This document shows positions 1 to 8,702 of a stretch of DNA of 64,000 bases, piece after piece. The notes beneath the pieces were generated by a model. That model was not told where the DNA came from, searched no databases, and worked only from the letters and a program-made list of their open reading frames with translations. Origin of the DNA: Bacteroidota bacterium (GTDB lineage: Bacteria; Bacteroidota; Bacteroidia; CAILMK01; JAAYUY01); assembly GCA_018698135.1 (NCBI GenBank), contig JABINZ010000192.1, forward strand, positions 3,237 through 67,236. The letters are read 5' to 3'. The position numbers and the translations under genes are program-made. The first letter of the stretch is position 1; each line of letters begins with the position of its first letter.

Positions 1-473
1 TCTTCGGTATCAGCAAATTGTTTTCAGCAGTTCAAGCCTTCAATGTCACTGAAGAGTTGAAGATCAATATCCTCAATCCAAGAGTTATCAATGCTGATAA
101 AAATCCATTTTCAGGAGGATTGGAAGTTGGATTTGAACTGCAATTGCAAAATCCAACCCGAGGAAGCTTGAAAGTTACACAACCTTATATGCAGATCCTT
201 TCAGGCAAATCTGTTATAGCGCAAAGTCCGGTCAGCCAAAAAGAATACAACATCAATCCATTGTCAGAACTAACATTAGATACTATCAAGTTTAAGCTTG
301 GATGGATGACTATTATCAACACACTACTATCAAAAAAGTATGGCTTACCTACTCTCCGCGCAAGAAAAGCCCAGCACATGAGTGTTGGGTTTTTTTATTG
401 TCCTGACCTAAGTGGGCTTAAGGTTATGAACCAGAAAAAAGTATACATGCGTAGCACGAAGGTTTTGGATTGA
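1..473 (+). CDS. Hypothetical protein, 3' part of a gene that starts upstream of the window (the frame is open back to position 3)
   Basis: The ORF 18..473 has no in-frame stop upstream to the window edge; no recognisable motifs; followed by a hairpin terminator. Confidence 0.4.
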   Translation, partial: FGISKLFSAVQAFNVTEELKINILNPRVINADKNPFSGGLEVGFELQLQNPTRGSLKVTQPYMQILSGKSVIAQSPVSQKEYNINPLSELTLDTIKFKLGWMTIINTLLSKKYGLPTLRARKAQHMSVGFFYCPDLSGLKVMNQKKVYMRSTKVLD

Positions 474-604
474 ACTACCTCAAAACGGGATCATGAAATA
501 AACCCTCCCCTACAGTAAGCGAATATAGTACTGATAATAAGCGATTAATAGACGTAGATCTGAAATTATTTAAATGCATTAAAATGCACTTTTAAAATGA
601 AAGA

Positions 605-640
605 AAGCCTTTAAATTGATGAAATTTAAAGGCTTTTTCT
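605..640 (+). terminator. Rho-independent terminator (aaagcctttaaatt-gatg-aatttaaaggcttt followed by a T run)
   Basis: Perfect ~13-bp inverted repeat with a 4-nt loop and a T-rich tail downstream of the 1..473 CDS. Confidence 0.6.
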
Positions 641-795
641 TTTTCACTCTCTTTGCAAATCTTTAAACTTTGATATGGACCGGTGGCATTAGCGGTGGCA
701 TTGCATTTTCGAACCCAAGTCCACCAGAATTGCTTGTAAGGAATAGAACTACAATTACTTGCTATGCAAACACAATTCTTTTCCTTATTGGTGTT

Positions 796-1293
796 TTACA
801 AACTTTCTAGAGCCAAATCGTAGTTCGGTTCATCGGTAGTTTCAGCTATTTGCTCTGAATAAATCACCCTACCTTCAGTATTAATAACAACGATACTTCT
901 TGAATTTAGACCTGCTAGTGGTCCATCTATAATGTTTAAACCGTAATCTTTACCAAATTGACCAGTATTAAAATCTGATAGCATAAATACATTTTCAATT
1001 CCTTCTGCTCCACAAAATCTTGTTTGAGCAAATGGCAAATCCCTTGAGATACACAAAACACTAGTATTATTAAGATTAGCAGCTGATTTATTAAAGTTGC
1101 GAACTGATGCTGCACACGTTCCAGTGTCAATACTTGGGAAAATATTTAACACTAAATTCTTTCCTTTAAAGTTGTTCAATGTTTTGGTAGATAAGTCTGG
1201 TGCTATCAGTTTGAAGTCCTTCGCTAAGCTTCCAACTTTTGGTAATTCTCCACTTGTATTTATAGTGTTACCTTTTAATGTAATTTTTGTCAT
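796..1293 (-). CDS. tpx: Thiol peroxidase (lipid hydroperoxide peroxidase, atypical 2-Cys peroxiredoxin)
   Basis: 165 aa; Tpx motifs around SIDTGTCA (peroxidatic Cys) and a resolving Cys in CISRDLPFAQTRFCGAEG; length typical of Tpx. Confidence 0.9.
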   Translation of the reverse strand: MTKITLKGNTINTSGELPKVGSLAKDFKLIAPDLSTKTLNNFKGKNLVLNIFPSIDTGTCAASVRNFNKSAANLNNTSVLCISRDLPFAQTRFCGAEGIENVFMLSDFNTGQFGKDYGLNIIDGPLAGLNSRSIVVINTEGRVIYSEQIAETTDEPNYDLALESL

Positions 1294-1330
1294 ATTATAT
1301 GTTTTATATTATTGTAAGAAGGTATTAATT

Positions 1331-2179
1331 CTATTGTTTTAATAAGGTTTCAGCTGCAAGTTTTCCCAATTCATTAGAAGCTAATGGACTTGCACCAGTG
1401 ATTAATTTTCTATCCAAACAAACGGTTTTGTCTGATTTGGTATTTATAATATTAGCTCCTAAGCTCTTTAGTTTCTCACTTAAACCCCAAGGCATTTGTC
1501 CTGGCAAATAACCAATCATAGGCGTCATCTTATCTACCGAATCAGGGAATACCGCCATTTTGTATCCTTCGTAAATAAATTTTTGATCATTGAGCGTGGT
1601 TGCTAAAAATGAACCGGGCTCATGGCAAAGGCTTATAGTAAATAAATCGTTTTGATGAGCCCAATTTAATACCTTTCCAACGTTTTCGTCTTCAGGAATA
1701 CCTATCATAGCTCCGTGTCCACCAGGCACGAATAGCGCTGCATAAGATGCGGTATCGTTGAAAAAAGAACCGATAAAGTCCGCTAATTTCATTGGGTTTT
1801 CAAAGCTGGTTTTGAAGTCATTATAAATTGCTTTTACATGTTCATCTTTTTCTGGAAAGGCCCACATTTCAAAAACTACAGGTTTTCCAGTGGGAGTAGC
1901 TATTTCAAAATCAAAACCAGCATTTTTAAGATGCAGCATAGGCAATAAGGCTTCTACCGGATGATTTCCTGTAGAAAACAATTTGCCATTCTTCATTTTC
2001 ATGTTTTTTTGTTCGGTGAAAATCACTAAGATCTTCGACTTATTGCCTTGGTATTTTGTGTATGAAATATTTTCAAAATCAGTTGTGTTAACCGTTCCTA
2101 ATTTTAAAGCAAGTTTTGAAGGACTATAAGATCCATCTGATTCTAATTTTGGTGCAATTCCTAATATTTTCTTTAGCAT
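1331..2179 (-). CDS. hchA: Hsp31-type glyoxalase III / chaperone, DJ-1/PfpI superfamily
   Basis: 282 aa; strong similarity to E. coli HchA blocks (NGKLFSTGNHP, FVPGGHGA, ISLCHEPG with the catalytic Cys, KLITGASPLASNELGKLAA). Confidence 0.85.
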   Translation of the reverse strand: MLKKILGIAPKLESDGSYSPSKLALKLGTVNTTDFENISYTKYQGNKSKILVIFTEQKNMKMKNGKLFSTGNHPVEALLPMLHLKNAGFDFEIATPTGKPVVFEMWAFPEKDEHVKAIYNDFKTSFENPMKLADFIGSFFNDTASYAALFVPGGHGAMIGIPEDENVGKVLNWAHQNDLFTISLCHEPGSFLATTLNDQKFIYEGYKMAVFPDSVDKMTPMIGYLPGQMPWGLSEKLKSLGANIINTKSDKTVCLDRKLITGASPLASNELGKLAAETLLKQ

Positions 2180-2197
2180 ATCATTTTTTTTAAGGCT

Positions 2198-3181
2198 TTA
2201 CTTAATCTTAATAACAATTTTACCTTTTGCTCTTCCTGAGGCAAGATGTGTGAATGCATCAATACTCTCAGAGAATGAATAAACTTTATCAATGATTGGT
2301 TTGATTTTTTCATCTTCAACCAATAATTTAATTTCATTCAAATGTGCTCCATTCGGCTGCATGAAAATATATTTGTACGCTGCGTTTTTAGCACTAATTA
2401 GTTTAGCTAATTCTTCTGGTAATTTGTAGTCAGCCATCCCAAACAGTTTAGCAATTTCTTCATCTAGGGGACCGGCAATGCTAATAACTTTTCCACCTTG
2501 CCTTATAACTTGCAATGCTTCCAAAGAATAGTTGTTGCCAAGTGTGTCAAAAACTATATCAGCGTCTTTTACGATGTTTTTATAGTCCTCCGTTTTGTAA
2601 TCAATTACGTGGTCTGCTCCAAGTTCTTTCACCCACTTTACATTGCTAGTACTTGTGGTTGTATATACATAGGCTCCTTTTGCCTTGGCATACTGAATAG
2701 CTATACTACCTACACCCCCTGAACCTGCATGAATAAGCACTTTATCGTTTTCCTTTATCCCTGCGAATTCCAAGGATTGCATGGCAGTAAGTCCTGCTAA
2801 TGGTAAACTTGCAGCTTCTTCGAAAGAAATATTTCCAGGTTTTTTTGAAACGGCAATACTAGTAACAGCAACATATTCTGCTATTGTTCCCATTTGTTCT
2901 TGAGGTACCCGGGAATAAACCAAGTCTCCAATTTCAAAATTCTTTACTTTATCACCTTTCTCGACTACTATTCCACTAACATCATAGGCAGTGGTACTCG
3001 GTAGAGGAATAGGAAGCATGCCTTGCAGATGTCCCAAGACAATAATTTTGTCTATGGGGTTAATGGCAGCAGCCTTAACTTCTATAAGTACATCTGTTTC
3101 TTGAATGCTCGGTTTGCTTACTTCGTTAAAGGCCAAGCTATCTCTTAATTCACCGTATTTTACTATTTGTAATGCTTTCAT
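2198..3181 (-). CDS. NADPH:quinone oxidoreductase / zinc-independent MDR-family oxidoreductase
   Basis: 327 aa; medium-chain dehydrogenase/reductase fold with GSGGVGS nucleotide-binding motif and a KGKIVIKI C-terminus typical of Qor-like enzymes. Confidence 0.8.
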   Translation of the reverse strand: MKALQIVKYGELRDSLAFNEVSKPSIQETDVLIEVKAAAINPIDKIIVLGHLQGMLPIPLPSTTAYDVSGIVVEKGDKVKNFEIGDLVYSRVPQEQMGTIAEYVAVTSIAVSKKPGNISFEEAASLPLAGLTAMQSLEFAGIKENDKVLIHAGSGGVGSIAIQYAKAKGAYVYTTTSTSNVKWVKELGADHVIDYKTEDYKNIVKDADIVFDTLGNNYSLEALQVIRQGGKVISIAGPLDEEIAKLFGMADYKLPEELAKLISAKNAAYKYIFMQPNGAHLNEIKLLVEDEKIKPIIDKVYSFSESIDAFTHLASGRAKGKIVIKIK

Positions 3182-3265
3182 ATCTGTATCAATTAACTGT
3201 TCATAATATTTTGATACAAAGATAGAGTGAGGGGTACAGTAAAAAATTGACCTATGGTAAGAAAG

Positions 3266-3841
3266 CTATTTTCTTGCTTTTTCAACCCGAATACGGCTCA
3301 AGCTTTCTTGCGTGATACCTAAATAAGATGCAATGTGATAATTCCGGGTATGCTGCTCTACATCGGGGTATTCCTCTAAAAACAAATCATACCTTTCAGC
3401 AGCAGATAATTGTAACTGATTTAAAATTCTTTTTTGCAGACTTACAAAAAGACGTTCTAAATTCCCCCTTTGAAAGGGTTCTAATTCAGGAAATAGCTTG
3501 AGCATTCCATTAATCTTTTCAGCATTAAACTCGATGATGTTTGATTCTGTAAGGCATTCAATGGTTAGCGTTGCAGATTCATTTCCGTGAATAGCGATAT
3601 AATCACTTATCCAGTCATTTTTAATAGCAAAATGCAGGGTGTGCTCTTTCCCGTTTTTATCAATGCAGTAGGATCTTAAACAACCGCCTGTAACAAAAAA
3701 TATTTTATTTACCCTTTGTCCTTGACGGATTAAGATTGATCCTTTTGGAACTATTTTTTCTTTTGAAATAGAAATAAGATACTCTTCTGCTTCTATGCTT
3801 AAAATTATGCTTTCCTTTATTTTTTTTATTAAATATTCCAT
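3266..3841 (-). CDS. Crp/Fnr-family transcriptional regulator (cNMP-binding domain plus C-terminal HTH)
   Basis: 191 aa; beta-roll cNMP-binding region followed by the HTH SYLGITQESLSRIR. Confidence 0.8.
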   Translation of the reverse strand: MEYLIKKIKESIILSIEAEEYLISISKEKIVPKGSILIRQGQRVNKIFFVTGGCLRSYCIDKNGKEHTLHFAIKNDWISDYIAIHGNESATLTIECLTESNIIEFNAEKINGMLKLFPELEPFQRGNLERLFVSLQKRILNQLQLSAAERYDLFLEEYPDVEQHTRNYHIASYLGITQESLSRIRVEKARK

Positions 3842-4517
3842 TTCTCAATAATAGGGTAATTACTCACAACGGGAGTTTAGGGACAAACCCTAGAAACAAT
3901 ATGCTAAGTTAGCTATTCTTGTATCAATAGCTACAGTCAATTGCCTTTATCGTTTCATTACTATTATCTAATAATTTCCATCATCAATTTGAACGTGTAA
4001 TATAGACTTAAAATGCTTTGAATTTGAAATAAAACAGAAGAATACTAATGAAAAAGAATTTTAACTTTAGGCTGTAACATAAAACGAGTAAATATAAATA
4101 TTTTGATTTTAAGTTCGAACCCAAATCAATTCAAACTATCGTAACCATTGCTTTTGGAAAAATATGTTCTTTCTTTAGCATGGTACAAATAATAGGACCA
4201 TATTTATTATTTGATAGAAAAAAGGCATACTTGAACCATTTAGACATTACATTATCTACAATGTATTTCCTAATTAGAATGAAGATTCGATATTGATCAG
4301 TAATGAACAAATTCTAAAATATTATTTTGCTCAATTTGGATAAGTTTTTTTATCTCTGAAAGACAACCAAAATAGTGCAAAATTGGTGGTAAAATCGGTG
4401 GACATGAGCATCAACCTTGCTTAAGATGCTAAACGTCTGCTCTTTCTGCTCAAGAAATGATGTTTCAATTTTTCATAATGAAGCTTGGAAATTTTATTGA
4501 TGAACCTTCGAAAACCA

Positions 4518-5486
4518 TCAATCTTCTTCATCTTCTTCATCAGCAAGCAAGGAAAGCTTTTCATCCGCTTGGGCTTTTGCTTTCACTATGCTTTGATTGA
4601 ATTCGTATCCGGTAATGAGCGATAAAGCACTCAGGTATAACCAAACCAGTAAAACGATAATAGCTCCAATAGAGCCATAAAGCCTGTTGTATTGGGCAAA
4701 GTTTTCTACATAATATCCAAAGCCGTAGGAAACCAATACCACGAGTATGGTGGCTAAGTAAGCACCATGACTAAAAAAACGAAAACGTTCTTCTTTAACC
4801 GTAGCAAAAAAGTAAAGAAGAGATATAGCTGTAATCGACATAAATAGTGTAATCAGCAATTTAAATGTCCAAATAAAATAAACAACCCAATTCCCTTGAA
4901 AAATCATGGAATCTTTGAAATAACTGATGAATACCTCGCCACCTATCTGAAATGACATGGCAATTAATATCATAAAAGAAATGGCGAAAGTTAATGATAC
5001 AGCAATCAGATATTTTTTCCACCAAGGTCTTTTTAACTTGCGATTAAATGCAACCAGCAGTGTATTTATTCCATTAGATGCAAAATAAATCGAAAGAATA
5101 AAACCCAAGGATAATAGACTCCCACGCTTTTTTAAAATAATGTCGCTTAAGGTTGTTTCTATGGTTTGAAAAACATTTGCGGGCATATATTCATTCATAA
5201 GAAAAACGATTTCCTGGTATAGGTTTTCTATCGGAAAGTATGGTATCAATGTAAACAAAAATATTAATGCTGGAAAAAGAGATAGGAAAAAACTGTAAGC
5301 TGTTGCACCTGACCGAAGAGCTATTGACTCACGCATTAATTGCGTATAAAAAAAACGAATTACACCATATAAAGGAACACCTGCAAAACCTGGAAAACTA
5401 ATACTCATTAAATAAACTATTATTCTATAGTTTTTAATTCTATCCTTTAACAGGATAAGTTTTCTAAGTGTTTTCGTTCTATTCAA
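4518..5486 (-). CDS. YihY/BrkB (virulence factor BrkB / RNase BN-like) family inner-membrane protein
   Basis: 322 aa, multi-TM, conserved YihY blocks (ALRSGATAYSFFLSLFPALIF; GSLLSLGFILSIYFASNG), acidic C-terminal tail. Confidence 0.8.
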   Translation of the reverse strand: MNRTKTLRKLILLKDRIKNYRIIVYLMSISFPGFAGVPLYGVIRFFYTQLMRESIALRSGATAYSFFLSLFPALIFLFTLIPYFPIENLYQEIVFLMNEYMPANVFQTIETTLSDIILKKRGSLLSLGFILSIYFASNGINTLLVAFNRKLKRPWWKKYLIAVSLTFAISFMILIAMSFQIGGEVFISYFKDSMIFQGNWVVYFIWTFKLLITLFMSITAISLLYFFATVKEERFRFFSHGAYLATILVVLVSYGFGYYVENFAQYNRLYGSIGAIIVLLVWLYLSALSLITGYEFNQSIVKAKAQADEKLSLLADEEDEED

Positions 5487-5886
5487 AGTAAGGTTTCAGT
5501 TTTTTGATTAATAGTTCTGGAGCCCTAACTGGTCTATTGGTTTTCATATCCAAAAAGACCAGAGTGGTTTCCCCAGTATGAACCAACTCTTTATTTTCAT
5601 TATAAATTTCGTAAAAAAATTTCATTCGGGCCTTAGGAATCTCCTCTATTCTTGTTCGAATAGTCAATACTTGGTCGTAATGGGCCGATTTAATATAATT
5701 GCATGTCATGTCTCTAACAGGCATAATTATCCCCGTTCGTTCCAAATCGGCATAGGGCATACCTAAACTTCGAATCATTTCTGTTCTTCCTATTTCATAA
5801 AATTTGGGATAATTGCCATAATATACAACACCCATCACATCTGTATCTGCATATAAAACCCTAACTGTTGTATCGTGTTGGAACAT
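5479..5886 (-). CDS. Acyl-CoA thioesterase, YbgC/4HBT hotdog family
   Basis: 135 aa; the hotdog thioesterase signature YADTDVMGVVYYGNY at the N-terminus. Confidence 0.75.
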   Translation of the reverse strand: MFQHDTTVRVLYADTDVMGVVYYGNYPKFYEIGRTEMIRSLGMPYADLERTGIIMPVRDMTCNYIKSAHYDQVLTIRTRIEEIPKARMKFFYEIYNENKELVHTGETTLVFLDMKTNRPVRAPELLIKKLKPYFE

Positions 5887-5890
5887 AAAC

Positions 5891-6937
5891 TTATTTCTTT
5901 TTACTTCTTAAATATAGGTTGCGGTAATTAGTATGTTGCCTCAAGTTTGTTGAAAACTCATGAAAGCCACTTCCATCTGCCTTGGCACAAAAATAGAGAA
6001 ACTCATGTCTTTCTGCGTTTAGCACTGCATCCATAGCACTCATACGAGCCATGATAATTGGGCCAGGTGTCAATCCTGAATTCTCATAGGTATTGTAGGA
6101 CGAAGTAATCTTATAATCATTCAAATAAAGTTTTTGGTCTTTTCTGTCTTTGATTAAAAACTTGATAGTAGGATCTGCTTGTAGCCTCATTTTTTTTCGC
6201 ATCCTGTTCAGATAAACTCCTGCAATTCTCTCCAACTCGCTTTCATAAACAGCCTCCTCTTGTACAATGGAAGCCATGGTGTAAACTTCGGCTTTTGAAA
6301 AACGAATAGCTTTAGCTTTTTCTATTCTTTCTTCATTCCAGAATTTATCTGCTTCTTTTTGCATACGATTGAAAAAATTCTCTATTGACGTATTCCAATA
6401 AAATTCATAACTATTTGGTATGAAATAAGAAAGCGCATTCTCACTATTCAGATTATGTTCATTTAAAAAATCCTTTTCGAGTATAAAATCTACTATTTCG
6501 GCTGAGTCAATTTCAAGCTGCGCTCCTATTCCACCAGCTAGTTCATAAATTGTTCGGTATTTATCAATAGTAAGCATGAAAGGTGTATTATTTCCTGCTC
6601 TAAGCATTTTGATCAAATCATAATTATTCATGTCTTTTGTAACAGGATAACGTCTGGCATAAATATGATTGGCATAATTCATTTTTTTTGCCACTAATTT
6701 AAACGAACGCAAATCCAATAACACACTGTCTCTTTCAAATTGATCCAGTACTTGATCGTAAGTCATTCCGCTTTTAATTTCAATCACATCATGTTTTTGG
6801 ATGTAAGCCGGATTGATGTTGGGAGCAAAAATTCCTAAATAGAATTTATATCCAACCAATAGCACAATTAATGAAAGTATGATGAATACAATGAGGACTC
6901 CCGAAAAGGGTGATTTTCTTTTTTTTCTTCTTGCCAT
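5891..6937 (-). CDS. mltG: Endolytic murein transglycosylase MltG (YceG family)
   Basis: 348 aa; N-terminal TM anchor, then YceG-like domain with the conserved LQADPTIKF block. Confidence 0.85.
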   Translation of the reverse strand: MARRKKRKSPFSGVLIVFIILSLIVLLVGYKFYLGIFAPNINPAYIQKHDVIEIKSGMTYDQVLDQFERDSVLLDLRSFKLVAKKMNYANHIYARRYPVTKDMNNYDLIKMLRAGNNTPFMLTIDKYRTIYELAGGIGAQLEIDSAEIVDFILEKDFLNEHNLNSENALSYFIPNSYEFYWNTSIENFFNRMQKEADKFWNEERIEKAKAIRFSKAEVYTMASIVQEEAVYESELERIAGVYLNRMRKKMRLQADPTIKFLIKDRKDQKLYLNDYKITSSYNTYENSGLTPGPIIMARMSAMDAVLNAERHEFLYFCAKADGSGFHEFSTNLRQHTNYRNLYLRSKKK

Positions 6938-7047
6938 AATTATTCTAAATCAAGGTTGCAAATCTACTACATCCTGAGAAAATGCATGATTAGGTATATA
7001 AAGGATTTATTAACCATATGACAAAGCAATCATTTTCTCAATTCGAG

Positions 7048-8463
7048 CTAATCTTCTACAAAAAGACAGTCCATGGTTAAGTTATTTGTGACCAGCTCAA
7101 GACTATTCGCATTTTCTGAAACACCATAAGTGGTTAGCATGCTGATAAAAACATTTTTTCTTGTTCCTGAACTTAGCAGAAACTGAAGTTTTTTATTCTT
7201 AAGCTTTTCATAGTCGACTTTGTTTATTGTAAATGGACTATTGTGAAATTTAATTTCACACAGGTTTATAATTCCATCATCACGATCAATAACAAGGTCA
7301 GCTTGGGCTTTATCATTGAACCAACTTGAATGTATTGTAAAAATTTTTGACACACCCAATTCCTTTTTAATTTGTAACACATGTTTCAGGCAAATAGTTT
7401 CGAAGGCAAATCCAGACCATGATTTATAGGTCTGCTTAACGAACATATTTGCCCATGTTCCGCTTCCTTGTCCTTGATTTGGTTCAATAAATTTAAGGTA
7501 AAACAGTGAATATTCATCTGATAACCTAAAAAGTGAGCTTTTACTTTTCTTCCCAAATGGAGTATATTGGCTTACAAAACCAGACTCAATTAACTCATCA
7601 AGACTTTTTGTAAAAACACCTCCACTTCCAAATTTGCATAAATCCAACAATCTATTTCGAGTAACCCCTTTGTTAGTTTTAGATAATTGACGAATAATAA
7701 TTTCATGAGTTTTAGAATTGGAAAATAATGAGGTGAATATTTCATTAAACTCATTAACTAAATCGCCATTGCTTTCAAAACATAAACGATCAATATTTTG
7801 GATAACACTTTCACCTTTATTTATTTTGTTTAAATAGTGTGGTACTCCTCCAATAGCCATATACAACTGAAGAATATCGTAATTGTTTAGCTGTATATTT
7901 TTACTCTTCAAAAAAAGATACGTTTCGTTTAGATTAAAAGGCATTAACCTTATTTTACACGATAATCTGTTATGTAAGCCGCCCTTGTTTTTAACAATAT
8001 TATTAATCATAAAAGATGCAGCAGAACCACAAATAACAACAACAAGGTCGTTTCGTTTGCTACAGTATGTATTCCAAAAATGTTCAAATGCCATTAGGAA
8101 CTTAGACCGTGTGGTAGCTATCCATGGAAACTCATCAATAAATATTACCTTCTTCTCTTTTTTCGTCAAGCTGTTCAGGTATTCTTCCATTAATTGAAAT
8201 GCGGAAAACCAATTATCGGGAGTTTTTGTTTTACTAAATCTGCTTGATGAAGATTTTAATTGACTATGAAAGTTTTGGAGCTGATCTCGCATATTACCTT
8301 GATAATATCCGGTTAGTTCAAACACCATATGCTTTCTGTAAATTTCTCGAATCAGAAAAGTTTTCCCAATCCTTCTTCTTCCATAAACTACAACTAACTC
8401 TGAAGCATTGCTAGACAGCATCTTATTCAGCGTTTTTATTTCATTTTTTCGCCCAATTAGCAT
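7048..8463 (-). CDS. AAA+ ATPase (Arch_ATPase / DUF234 family ATP-binding protein)
   Basis: 471 aa; Walker A GRRRIGKT, Walker B VIFIDEF, C-terminal DUF234-like region; family common in Bacteroidota. Confidence 0.7.
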   Translation of the reverse strand: MLIGRKNEIKTLNKMLSSNASELVVVYGRRRIGKTFLIREIYRKHMVFELTGYYQGNMRDQLQNFHSQLKSSSSRFSKTKTPDNWFSAFQLMEEYLNSLTKKEKKVIFIDEFPWIATTRSKFLMAFEHFWNTYCSKRNDLVVVICGSAASFMINNIVKNKGGLHNRLSCKIRLMPFNLNETYLFLKSKNIQLNNYDILQLYMAIGGVPHYLNKINKGESVIQNIDRLCFESNGDLVNEFNEIFTSLFSNSKTHEIIIRQLSKTNKGVTRNRLLDLCKFGSGGVFTKSLDELIESGFVSQYTPFGKKSKSSLFRLSDEYSLFYLKFIEPNQGQGSGTWANMFVKQTYKSWSGFAFETICLKHVLQIKKELGVSKIFTIHSSWFNDKAQADLVIDRDDGIINLCEIKFHNSPFTINKVDYEKLKNKKLQFLLSSGTRKNVFISMLTTYGVSENANSLELVTNNLTMDCLFVED

Positions 8464-8499
8464 ATTTCACGCCTCATTACAATATCCAATTATGTTTTA

Positions 8500-8546
8500 A
8501 ATCCTTCCAAATATACAGTTTTGTTTGAGTTTTGGAAGCGTTTCAG
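8500..8546. repeat. Hairpin repeat copy 1 (aatccttccaaat...N18...tttggaagcgtttca)
   Basis: 8-9 bp stem cttccaaa/tttggaag; a second, near-identical copy lies 98 bp downstream. Confidence 0.6.
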
Positions 8547-8597
8547 TTATTAATATTTATTGGATTTAGATTTTCACACATACTTACCCCTGTTTGT

Positions 8598-8643
8598 AAT
8601 CCTTCCAAATGTATGATTTTATTTAAGATTTGGAAGCGTTTCA
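8598..8643. repeat. Hairpin repeat copy 2 (aatccttccaaatg...atttggaagcgtttca)
   Basis: Same flanks (aatccttccaaat / tggaagcgtttca) as copy 1 in direct orientation; lies between the cytochrome stop and the AAA ATPase start. Confidence 0.6.
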
Positions 8644-8702
8644 AGCAAACAACAACCTTGATTAAGAGCTAAAACAGGTTTCAGAAGATTTTAGAACTCA
8701 CA

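Noticed and set aside
679-727. ggtggcatt direct repeat and a 'ttcgaaccc' T-arm-like motif (also seen near 4117), considered as a possible tRNA or tRNA fragment
   Set aside because: No acceptor, D or anticodon stems can be drawn around it on either strand; likely chance similarity.
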